A DNA stretch of 64,000 nucleotides. Source: Octopus vulgaris. Its lineage: Eukaryota. Below are positions 28,412 through 40,561 of this stretch, piece by piece. The translations under genes were made by a program, and so were the position numbers. The notes beneath the pieces were generated by a model, which was not told where the DNA came from, did no database searches, and saw only the letters and a program-made list of their open reading frames with translations. How positions within the stretch are numbered: the stretch's first letter is position 1; every line of letters begins with the position of its first letter. The DNA is taken from assembly GCA_951406725.2 (NCBI GenBank), contig OX597822.1, forward strand, positions 25,544,001-25,608,000, in the 5' to 3' direction.

Positions 28412-28808
28412 TATGTATGTATGTATGTATGTATGTATGTATGTATGTATGTATGTATGTATGTATGTATGTATGTATGTTTTTATGTATGTGTGTGTGT
28501 GTATACACACATACATACATATATATATATATATGTGAAATAGAAAGATGAATAATCTTGTTGCAGATTAATCAAAAGTTTAACCGATACCTTGGTAGCA
28601 AAAATCACAGCAGAAGACAGCACGGTTGGAGGTACAACCATATGGTGTTGCAACCGTGCGTTGGTGCGGATAATTGAATTTTAATATTATTAGTGAATTG
28701 AAGAAATGGAGTTGAACAAAGATTGAACAGAAATCGAACACGTGTAGAATGAAATAAAACGATTTCTGTTCAATCTTCGTTCAACTCCATTTCTTCAATT
28801 CATTAATA

Positions 28809-28839
<31 letters not shown>

Positions 28840-28853
28840 TATATATATATATA

Positions 28854-30133
28854 CAGGCTGCGATGAGTGAATTGTCGGCAGATCATATTTTTAATTTCAC
28901 GCATGCGCATTGGTTGTTTTTCATTTTGTCGACTACACATTATTGTAGGATCAGTTGGGCACCGTCTGTGAGAAAAACGGCACCTCGACGAAATTTGGAA
29001 ACGACATTCTCTACGGCTTGGCATTTACACCGGAAGCTCAATTACTAGCATTTTAGTTTGCTTAGGTGTCAATCTGTGGACATTACAGAGGATTCGGAAA
29101 GAGGTGGATGAGTCTTACGGTGATTACGAAGGTGCAGCTGCTCTGAAAATCCACTCTGATTGTTCTGATAAGAAAAGAACTCCCGAATTTGCTGGTGAGA
29201 TCCAGGCCATGAATGACAACGATCCTTCTAAATTAATCAGGTCCATCTCCAGGGACATGGACATGTCTGAGTTCCTTATCGGGCAGGTAGTGCAGGATGA
29301 TTTTCGGTATTTTTCATACAGGATGAGAAAGGTCCAATTTTTATCTCAAGCCTTCAAGAACAAGAGGGAAGATTGCGTTACGAAGCTTTTGAACAAACTC
29401 AAGCATCCCCTCCAAACGACATGCTTTGGTTTTTCTCAGACGAGAAACGTTTCTGTCGAGATCGGATGGTGAACACACAGAACAACCATTGGCTTCCCGT
29501 GTCCCCAAAACATGTACCGAGAGTGATAAAAATCAAATATCCAGTCAACGTCATGTGTTTGGAGTGATCACTAGTGATGGTAATGTTATGCCTCCAATCA
29601 TCTTCCCACACGGCCTCACACTCAACATGGAGATTTACATCAAGTGCCTGGAGGAGGTAGTGCTGCCCTGGGTCAAGAGGGTGGCTGCTGGAAAACCCAA
29701 TATCCGGCAACAGGACTCTGCACCAGGCCACACAAGCAGGAGAACCCAGTCAGGGTGGTCAAACAGTTTCTCCAACCACATCACTCCTAACATTTGGCTA
29801 CCTAACTCCCCAGACTGCAACTCACTTGATTATTATGTGTGGGGCGCAGTTCAGTGAGAGACCAACAAAACTCCTTATAACACCAAAGAGTTACCGAAGT
29901 CAAGGCTTATGAGATCATTCACCAACTTAAACAAAGAGACTATCCAAAAGAGTTGCAGGAAATTCTGAAGTCGTTTGGAGGCCGTGGTTGGAGTCAATGG
30001 CGATTTTATAGAATAAATTGGCTCCTTTGTATTTTAAGATATTTTCATGTAATTTTTGGTACATCTGTTAAAATGAGATATCATTGTTATTTTCATTTTT
30101 GCGTAATTTAGACTACAGTTTATTCACCGCAGC

Positions 30134-30136
<3 letters not shown>
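28854..30136 (+). mobile_element. Full-length but frameshifted Tc1/mariner transposon, DD37D (maT) type
   Basis: TA-flanked imperfect TIRs (CAGGCTGCGATGAGTGAATTGTC / CAGGCTGCGGTGAATAAACTGTA). Transposase motifs WFFSDEK, QQDSAPGH and WLPNSPDCNSLDYYVW, with 37 residues between the 2nd and 3rd D, split over ORFs 29104-29857. Confidence 0.9.
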
Positions 30137-30198
<62 letters not shown>

Positions 30199-30274
30199 GA
30201 AGGGTTTAGCAACAAATTGCTAAACCCTTATATTTATAATTATATATAAAAAAATACTTTTTATAAAAGTTCTG

Positions 30275-30307
<33 letters not shown>

Positions 30308-30316
30308 CTATGTATG

Positions 30317-30356
<40 letters not shown>

Positions 30357-30358
30357 TG

Positions 30359-30408
<50 letters not shown>

Positions 30409-30591
30409 GGCGTAGGTGGGTGGTAAGAAGCTTGCTTCCCAACCACATGGTTCCAGGTTCAGCCCCACTGCGTGTCTTCTTTAGCTTCGGGCCGAGCAAA
30501 ACCATGTGAATGGATTTGGTAGACGAAAACTGAAAGAAGCCCGTTGTATATATACATACATACATACATACATACATACATAAATACATAC

Positions 30592-30638
<47 letters not shown>

Positions 30639-31262
30639 ATTGTGTGTCTATGTTTGTCCTCCCAACATCGCTTGACAAGCGATGTTTCTGTGTTTACGCT
30701 CCCGTAACCTAGCGTTTCGGCAAAAGCGACCGATAGGATTAGTACTAGGCTTACAAAGAATAAGTCTTGGGGTTGACGTGTTTGACTAAAGGCGGTCCTC
30801 CAGCTTGGCCGCAGTCAAATGACAGAAACAAATAAAAGAATAAAAGAATATGTGCATATTGGAGTGGCTGTGTGGTAAGTAGCTAGCTAACCAACCACAT
30901 GGTTCCGGGTTCAGTCCCCCTGCGTGGCATCTTGGGCAAGTGTCTTCTGCTATAGCCCCGGACCGACCAATGCCTTGTGAGTGGATTTGGTAGACGGAAA
31001 CTGAAAGAAGCCTGTCGTATATATGTATACATATATGTGTGTGTGTGTGTGTTTTTGTGTTTGTCCCCCTAGCATTGCTTGACAACCGATGCTGGTGTGT
31101 TTACGTCCCCGTCACTTAGCGGTTCGGCAAAAGAGACCGATAGAATAAGTACTGGGCTTACAAAGAATAAGTCCCGGGGTCGATTTGCTCGACTAAAGGC
31201 GGTGCTCCAGCATGGCCGCAGTCAAATGACTGAAACAAGTAAAAGAGTAAAGAGTAAAAGAG
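30409..31262 (+). mobile_element. Two tandem SINE family A copies (30409-30847 and 30861-31262)
   Basis: Two successive head-body-tail units. Confidence 0.9.
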
Positions 31263-31295
31263 TATATTATATATACTGTTAATGAATGAATGAAT

Positions 31296-31368
31296 CGCTC
31301 TCACGTGGACGCCATATATCTCGACTTCGCAAAGGCTTTTGACAAGGTTGATTATGGGATGATGTTAC
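31296..31368 (+). mobile_element. Short CR1/L2-type reverse transcriptase fragment
   Basis: HVDAIYLDFAKAFDKVDYGMML is the RT motif LDFxKAFDKV. Confidence 0.75.
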
Positions 31369-31587
31369 AAACTACGGAGACTGAAACAAACAAACAAAAA
31401 AGAAAAAAGAATAAAACAATAAAGCAATATATATACATATACATGGCCATCCATATACACATATTTATAATATAATGATTATATACATGCAAATGCTCGT
31501 ATATTATTGTGCATGCATACCTACATTCATAGATATTTATATACCTATACACACGCATATATGCAAACACACATACATGAATACATA

Positions 31588-31631
<44 letters not shown>

Positions 31632-34600
31632 GACACACACTTCGGGGCATTTTTCTCTAATTTCTCGTGTTATAATACATATAAACACGTTATATATGTA
31701 TATTTGTACGTATGTTTATATCGATATATGAACGCGTGTACTTATGTTTGAACACTTGATGAATTAAGCTACAAATATTTTGGCAGACATTCTCAGAATA
31801 TAAATGATCCGCATATAATTTCAAGCTCACCGCAGTTATATTTATCGTGGAATGTCTATGAGTAGTTTCATGACTTGTTTTGCCTTCATCAGGTAAAGAA
31901 TACACGTGTGCGGTTTGCGTTATAACTCATAGATAGCTATTAATAGCTTATAGCTATGTACAGTTTATAAAAACTTGGACGTAACAGTCTGATTTGCACA
32001 ACAGTGCATGGAGTAGTATTTAGATGCACAACACAGCATTTGTCGGATGATTTGAGATGCAAAGTATACCTTTTTTTATTAAACATACAATTTACCCTTG
32101 CTTTGAAAGTAAAGTATGTTTGTGTCTCCGTGGACAGAAAAGTATGATAATGTGATTTGTAGTTTGCTGCTGATTGTATCATGTAAAACAAACTATGATT
32201 TCTTTTGCACTGGCTCATTTACACCACTTTGTTCCAGGGAATCCTAAAGTCCTAACCGACTCATAATGATTTCTGAAACTCTCATGGAATCCTATTGATA
32301 ACTAGGCTAATTCTATGCAAAAGTACTATCAAAATATTTTGTGTTTAATGTTATATAAGTAATTTTATTATATACCCTCGGCAATGAAATCCATCTACCT
32401 AAATTTTAAAGTGTTCCTACGGGAAAAATAAGCTGTTAGTGTGAATTTTATAGAGGAAATTGATCTAAATAATGTATTGTTTGAGACGATATTTCTGTAG
32501 ACTTTTTTGTGGCATCTGACAGTGTCACATTGCTAAATCTTTCAAAGACATTTTTATGAGTTGTTTGATCTTATAAAATTCAGCTTTACGAAAGAGAAAC
32601 GAAAATATTAATAAAGTTATATAATAATTTTGACGTAAATGTGTCTGTGACATGGAAGGCATTCAAAGACTCTCCAAGGATAAAATTATTGGGAAGCCTT
32701 GGTCTAGATTGCATGCACTGACAACATGGTTAGATTATTCTATAGTGTACTATTAATCTAAGAAAACTAACACCTAATCAAATATCACTTATTCTGTTCA
32801 CTGATGCAGTGTATTATAATATTAGTTTCAAATTTTGGCACAAGGCCAGCAAATTAGGGGGAAAATGTAAGCTGATTACATCGATCCTAGGGCTCAACTG
32901 GTCTATCTTTTTGTCGACTCCAAAAGGATGAAAGGCAAAGTCCACCTCGGTAGAGTTTTAACTCATAACATAAAACGGACAAAATAACGCCAAGCATTTT
33001 GCCCGGCGTGCTAACGACTCTGCCTGCTCGTCGCATTGATGTATCGTAATATTAGATGTTGTGATGTTACGACATAATCCTCTTTGTCGTTGTCAGCCAA
33101 TTCTCTTTCCAATTCTGTCTTAGAAATTGTTTACTGCTTCAAATTTTCTGCAGTTAGGTTTAATTCTGTCTCCATAAACTGATGTTGCTCTTAACAACAC
33201 CAAATTTCCTAGAGCTGCATTGCTGTTCTTTTCAACACAAAATTCTATTACTATCCTGTTTAAATTTTGCCTTGTAAGCAATGCAACGCTTTTTTTTTTT
33301 TCAGTTCATACTTTATTATAAGTCTGTATGTGCTGAAGTTGTTTTCACTATCAGCATACACCAATAGTGTTAACTTTCACGTTTTATGCTATAATCTTTT
33401 AAATTATATAATCATTTATGGAGTGCTTAACCACAAACCACCAGCGTGCTAAAAGTATTCACAATTGCGCTTGGATGTATTCTCAACAAATGTTTCACAG
33501 CTACAGCAAATAAGATACATACATTAGTCGTTAGATGTCTCGGGGCGCTTGCCTTCCATATCTTCACGTTTACAGATTTGTTGTTGCATATAATTCTTCG
33601 ATACTTGAGTAATGATGCGACCTTCCCAATTTTGCCATGAAATATATAGATGTACTTCCCAACACCATGGTTCCGGGTTCATTCACACTGCGTGGCACCT
33701 TAAGCAAGTGTCTTCTTATAGTATCGGGTTATAAGTTTTCTGGTATAAATATTTCTGGCAGTAAATATTTTATAGGATGGCAAGAGAAGCAGTGTCAATA
33801 AGTTTTCATACATACATAATACATACATACATACATACACACATAAATACATACATATATACATACATACATACACACATACATACACACACACACACGA
33901 CCACGCACGCACACAAACATACACACAGATGCATATGTGAGTATGTGTTTGTTTTTGTGTCTGTGTTTTATCCCCCGCCACCACTTGATAACCGGTGGTG
34001 GTGCGTTTACGTCCCCGTGATCTAGCGGTTCGGCTAAAGTGACCGATAAAATAACTACCAGATATAAAAAGAAAATAAGTCCTGCGGGGTTGATTCATTC
34101 GACTAAAAATTTCTCCAGGGTGGTGCCTCAGCATGGCCGCAGTCTAACGACTGAAACATGTAAAGGTATAAAATATAAATGAAAGATGAAAATACAAGAG
34201 TAACTACTATACTACATACAAACTTCATTGTAAATGATCGACTATTCAATGTGTTTAGAGCACTAAATCAATGAAGGAAGAAGCTGATTCATCTTTTTTT
34301 TTTTCTCTCTTTTTATACGGACTATGATTTCAATTCAGAAGTGATCAATTTCTCAATGCTATTAGGAACATAAATTTAATTCTCTTAAGACGGGCTTTTT
34401 TGGCTTGATACGTCAGCAAAACTTTCGTATCTGCAACATAATCCTTATGAATTTTATACCAATTTCCAAACGTTATTAAACGATTTTTTATTGACACAGA
34501 CTTACACAGGAGACTGTCTTTTATTTATGACCTCGGAAGTAAGTTAGATCCAGTCACTGAAATATGCATAGAAATCTACAAAGTTTTCTGGTATAATGTA

Positions 34601-34668
34601 GTAAATATTTTATAGGATGGCAAAAGAAGCAGTGTCAATAAATTATCATACATACATACATACATACA

Positions 34669-34702
<34 letters not shown>

Positions 34703-34780
34703 CATTAATATGTGCGTAAGTCAATTTACAGGTATCGATCTATCTATCTATCTATCAATCTATCTATTTGATAAATATAT

Positions 34781-34831
34781 ATAGGGTTTATCCATGGAAA
34801 GAAAAGCCTACGGAAAAGACCACGGTAACCA

Positions 34832-34873
<42 letters not shown>

Positions 34874-34924
34874 TGGTTACCGTGGTCTTTTCCGTAGGCT
34901 TTTCTTTCCATGGATAAACCCTAT
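34781..34924. repeat. 144-bp perfect palindrome with (TA)19 centre
   Basis: 53-bp arms are exact reverse complements and the centre is self-complementary. Confidence 0.95.
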
Positions 34925-35093
34925 CTGCTTCCCCCTTTACACTTTACATCATGACATTTCTGTGATACACGACCCCTTTTGATCGAAAACCTACCCCACT
35001 TTTTTTCTTTTCTCGCCATAAAGAAAAGCTATACTTTGTAATCTGTCCCATCTGTGTGCAGCCCTGTGTGGCTAATAAAGAAACATATCTATG

Positions 35094-35180
<87 letters not shown>

Positions 35181-35229
35181 ATCAATCTATCTATCTATCT
35201 GTCTATCTATCTATTTATCTATTTATTTA

Positions 35230-35291
<62 letters not shown>

Positions 35292-35702
35292 CCTATATAT
35301 CTATCCATCTATCTATCCATCTATCTATCTGTCTATCTATCTATTTATCTATCTGTCTCTCAACACACACACACATACTAGCAGAGATACTCGGTCTTGC
35401 TCGTGATTAAAATGGCATAGTTATTTTTATCGTTTTATTTGTTTCAGTGACTGCGGCCATGCCGGGGCACCACCGTTAGTCGAACAAATCGACCACAGGA
35501 TTTATTCTTTGTAAGCCTAATACGCATACTATCATTGTCTTTTCCGAACCGCTAAGTTATAGGAATGCAAACACAACAGCATCGGTTGTCAAGCAATGGT
35601 GGGGGTACAGACACGCACGCACACACATATACACATATATACTAGTCTTCTTTCAGTTTCTGTGTACGAAGTCCACTTATAAGTGGTCAGCCTGAGGCTA
35701 TA

Positions 35703-35749
<47 letters not shown>

Positions 35750-35752
35750 ATA

Positions 35753-35812
<60 letters not shown>

Positions 35813-35814
<2 letters not shown>

Positions 35815-36345
35815 AGAGATAATGGTGTTATTGAAACCCAAAATTGTCAGGTAATGCTGAATAAATGCTATAGACAGACCATAGTTCCAGATTCGGTGAT
35901 ATTGCGAATAAAGGGTTCAACGTTGGTTCTATGTCAGCGTGTGTATATAAGAATATTTTGCATAATAAGATAAAAACCAAGGCTGTATAGATATTAGAGC
36001 ATTTATAGAAGGTCTTACAGCTGTTTCTAGGATATTAATTAATGATATTCCTTCATCGGCGACAGTGTGAGAGGAAAGTTAAGTCATAGTTAGTTTAGAT
36101 GTGATACAAAATAGAGAGTGAGGTGGAGGAATGAAAATAGATGTATGATATGTATGGGTATAGAAGTTGTAAATCCGTTTTATAGGCATAATGGTATATA
36201 TGCAATATTCCAATATCCTTTGAGTAAAATCCAAAGTCCAACAGAGTTTAATATGAGTCCTTCCATATATAGAGTTTCTAAGCAATATATATATATATAT
36301 GTCCCTCTTAGCGTGAGGCATTTATGTGTAATAATGCCCTCTATA
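35813..36345 (-). mobile_element. Probable PLE pLTR remnant with degenerate hammerhead (36011-36064)
   Basis: Minus strand gtcg-CCGATGA-A-ggaatat...atatcc-ta-GAAA-CAGCTG-TA-agac; embedded in (TA)n/(TG)n. Confidence 0.55.
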
Positions 36346-36369
36346 CAATATATATATATATATATATAT

Positions 36370-36440
<71 letters not shown>

Positions 36441-36871
36441 TTACTCTTTTACAATGTTACATGTTCAGTCATTTCAGTGTGGCCATACTGGAGTAGAGCC
36501 CTTTAGTTGAAAAAATCGACCCCTTGATATATTCTTTGTAAGCCTGGTGCTTATCCCATCAATATCTTATGCCGAACCGATAAGTTACGAGGACGTAAAC
36601 AAACGTACATCGGTCTCTAAGCGATGGGTGGGGGGACAAACACAAGCACAAATACACACATACACGCATTTTTTTAATGTATATATATGTATATATATAT
36701 ATATATATATAGGACAGACCTCTTTCAATTCCGTCAACCAAATGACTGTCATGGCTGTGATCGGTCGAAGGGTATAGTAGAAGACACTTGCCCAAGGTGC
36801 CACGCAGTGGGACTGAACTCAGAACCCTGTGGTTGCGAAGCAAGCTTCTTAGCATACAGCCGTACCAGCGC
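36441..36871 (-). mobile_element. SINE family A, diverged
   Basis: Reverse complement of the consensus. Confidence 0.82.
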
Positions 36872-36877
36872 CTATAT

Positions 36878-36912
<35 letters not shown>

Positions 36913-36913
36913 A

Positions 36914-36998
<85 letters not shown>

Positions 36999-37055
36999 TA
37001 TACATATATATATATATATGCATACATATTTATATGCATACACACATATATATAT

Positions 37056-37150
<95 letters not shown>

Positions 37151-37344
37151 GCAACAATTTAGATTCAAATGAATATGGCACTTAATTTAGATGCACCAGA
37201 ATTTTTTATGGTGTTACCCATACTAACTACACTACCTCATGTTCCTGAGATTCATATCTACATCTTTATCTGTATACCTACCTTCCCTAAGATGTTATTA
37301 ATTTATATTATTGGAAAACTTTATATTATTGGAAAACCTATATA

Positions 37345-37436
37345 AAATTAGCTGAAGATTACTCGGCATCTTAAATCTGCTGTAATATTTACAGCTTTTA
37401 ATAAAATGTTGTAGTATGAAACAATTGTACAAAATT
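37345..37436 (+). ncRNA. Candidate type I hammerhead ribozyme with long stem II (PLE-like)
   Basis: aattag-CTGAAGA-t-tactcggcat...gctgtaa(tat)ttacagc...atgttgtagta-t-GAAA-CAATTG-TA-caaaatt. Palindromic stem III; lies in a ~320-bp insert between (TA)n tracts. Confidence 0.55.
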
Positions 37437-37465
37437 ACCGGATTCATTCTTGTTGCTTATTTTTG

Positions 37466-37503
<38 letters not shown>

Positions 37504-37540
37504 TACATATATATACATACACACATATATATATATATAT

Positions 37541-37955
<415 letters not shown>

Positions 37956-38649
37956 ATACATACATAAATATATCATAGTGAAAGTAACAGAGATGAAACA
38001 AGTATATATATATGTATATATATATGTATACATATATACGCAGTGAAATTATTAATAGCTTCACTTTTGACACATAATATTGAAATAGTGTAAGAAATAA
38101 GAGATTGCACCGGGATTCGCATTAGGTAAGAAGTTGAATTTTTTTTATCCATGACACTAGATGAACCCTACTTAAGGTATATGTAAAATTTGAATGAAAT
38201 CGGTTGGATAGTTCTTGAGTTTGAATGATGCACACACACAGACACACAGACAGACAGACACAGATTCTCAGTTTTATATATATAGATATATATCCAAATA
38301 AGAATTGATGACAAAGAATAAACGGTTATGAAGTTTATTTGCTTACAGCTGTTTCCACCATAAGATCCGGTGGACTCCTAGTTGAGTGTCTGAGTAACCC
38401 CTTATGGTTTTGGTCAAAGCCTGAAACGGAAAGTGCAATTTTTGTACTCCATGATTGAGGCTCTAAGGTGATATTCAAGCATTCAACTGAGTCCACCGCA
38501 TTCTATAACCGAAACAGCTGTAACCTAATGAACATTGCAAGATACTGGTCAATTCCTTAGTCATGTCTTTTGTCATAACTCCCCTGTACTCGACTAACGT
38601 TTCGTTTAGAAACTTACGAATACTGTTCTACACTAGGTTACGAATATCC

Positions 38650-39036
38650 TTTTCTACACTAGGCACAAGGCCTGAAAATTATGGGAAGAGGGGTTCCAGT
38701 CGATTGCATCGACCCCAGTACGCAACTGGTACTTAATTTATCGACCCCGAAAGGATGAAAGGCAAAGCCGACCTCGGCGGAATTTGAACTCAGAACGTAG
38801 CGGCAGACGAAATACCTATTTCTTTACTACCAATAAGGGGCTAAACACAGAGAAGACAAACGGATTAAGTCGATTACATTGACCTCCAGTGCGTAACTGG
38901 TACTTAATTTTTATCGACACCGAAAGGATGAAAGGTAAAGTCGACGTCGGCGGAATTTGAACTCAGAACGTAGCAGCAGACGGAATACTGCTGAGCATTT
39001 TGCCCAGCGTGCTAACGTTTCTGCCAGCTCGCCGCC
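38650..39036 (-). mobile_element. SINE family B dimer
   Basis: Reverse complement of family B with a duplicated body. Confidence 0.88.
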
Positions 39037-39050
39037 TTAAAATGTGTGAC

Positions 39051-39148
39051 GCTTACAGCAACTAGGTTTCCCAAGCGGTCACCCATCTAAGTACTAACTA
39101 GACTCGACGTTGCTTAACTTCGGTGATCGGACGAGTACCGGTGCTTCA
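39051..39148 (-). pseudogene. 5S rRNA pseudogene/fragment lacking about 20 nt at the 5' end
   Basis: Minus strand gcaccggtactcgtccgatcaccgaagttaagcaacgtcgagtctagttagtacttagatgggtgaccgcttgggaaacctagttgctgtaagc aligns to animal 5S rRNA (box A, box C), followed by TTTT. Confidence 0.88.
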
Positions 39149-40014
39149 CCAGTTTATGAATATCGCAATGCCTAAGCCAAATATAAAAAAGAACATATAT
39201 GTTTGTGTGTGTTTGTGTGTGCGTGCATGCGTGTGTCTGTGTGTCTGAGTATATTCCTACCTTTTTAGTTGTAATTTGAATTTATGCCAATTCAGTTGTT
39301 TTATTTTCAGTTTGCTAGTTTGCAGTCAAGTATTGTCACCCACTAACTCCCTCTCTCCCTCACTTCCTCCCTCGCTCCCCCTCCTCGTAACTCCTTCTCT
39401 CCCTCCATCGCTCACTCACTCACTCACTCACTCATTCACTCTCTCTTTCCCTCCCTCTTTCCCTCTCTTTCTGACTTTCTTTATGTCTGTATAATCAGAT
39501 ATGCGTAACATACGCATACACAGACACACACACATACACACATATCATGCACATATATATATACGTACATACATTAACAAGTACATACATCTGCATATAT
39601 ACATACATACATACATCCATACGTACATACATACATACATACATGCATCCATACGTACATACATACATACACACACTTTTATATGTCTCCGTCCGAACAA
39701 CATGAAATTATAAAAATATAAAAATATATCGTGTAATGTATCAGGTTACTGGTTGGAGTCTTATAAAAGAACGAATTCAATCCTACGATGAAGCCATTCC
39801 TATTCACTTAGGCCGCTAATGCTGTTGACAAAAGCAATAACATTACATAATCTGATATTTTCACTTCTGTCTCCAAGTCTCAGGCATTGAACACCAATTT
39901 ATAAATCATTAGGAAAGCAAACAATATATTATTGGATTTTGCATCAAAAAATGCTGTTTTATTATATATATGTATGTGTGTGTGTGCGTGTAAATACACA
40001 ACTACAAACACACA

Positions 40015-40090
<76 letters not shown>

Positions 40091-40092
<2 letters not shown>

Positions 40093-40480
40093 CGTTGGAG
40101 TGACTGTGTGCAGTGTAGCTTGCTTCCCAACCACATGCTTCCGGGTTCAGTCCCACTGCGTGGCACCTTGGGCAAGTGTCTTCTACTGTAGACTCGGACC
40201 GACCAAAGCCTTGTGAGTGGATTTGGTAGACGGAAACTGAAAGCCCGTCGTATATATGTATATATATATATATGTATATATGTATGTGTGTATATGTTTG
40301 TGTGCCTATGTTTGTCCCCCCCCCCCAGCATCGTTTGACAACCGATGCTGGTATGTTTACGGTTCGGCGTAAGTACTAGGCTTACAAAGAATAAGTCTCG
40401 GGGTTGATTTACTTGACTAAAAGGCGGTGCTCCAGCATAGCCACAGTCAAATGACTGAAACAAGTAAAAGAGTAAAAGAG
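40091..40480 (+). mobile_element. SINE family A
   Basis: Consensus with small internal deletions. Confidence 0.9.
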
Positions 40481-40499
40481 TATATAATATAAGAGTATT

Positions 40500-40561
<62 letters not shown>

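Noticed and set aside
31850-31902. Minus-strand CTGATGAAGGC...GTCATGAAAC
   Set aside because: The core and a weak stem II are present, but there is no GUH cleavage site or stem I partner; at best heavily decayed.
32235-32702. Possible old hAT MITE
   Set aside because: The ends only loosely resemble TIRs and no TSD could be confirmed.
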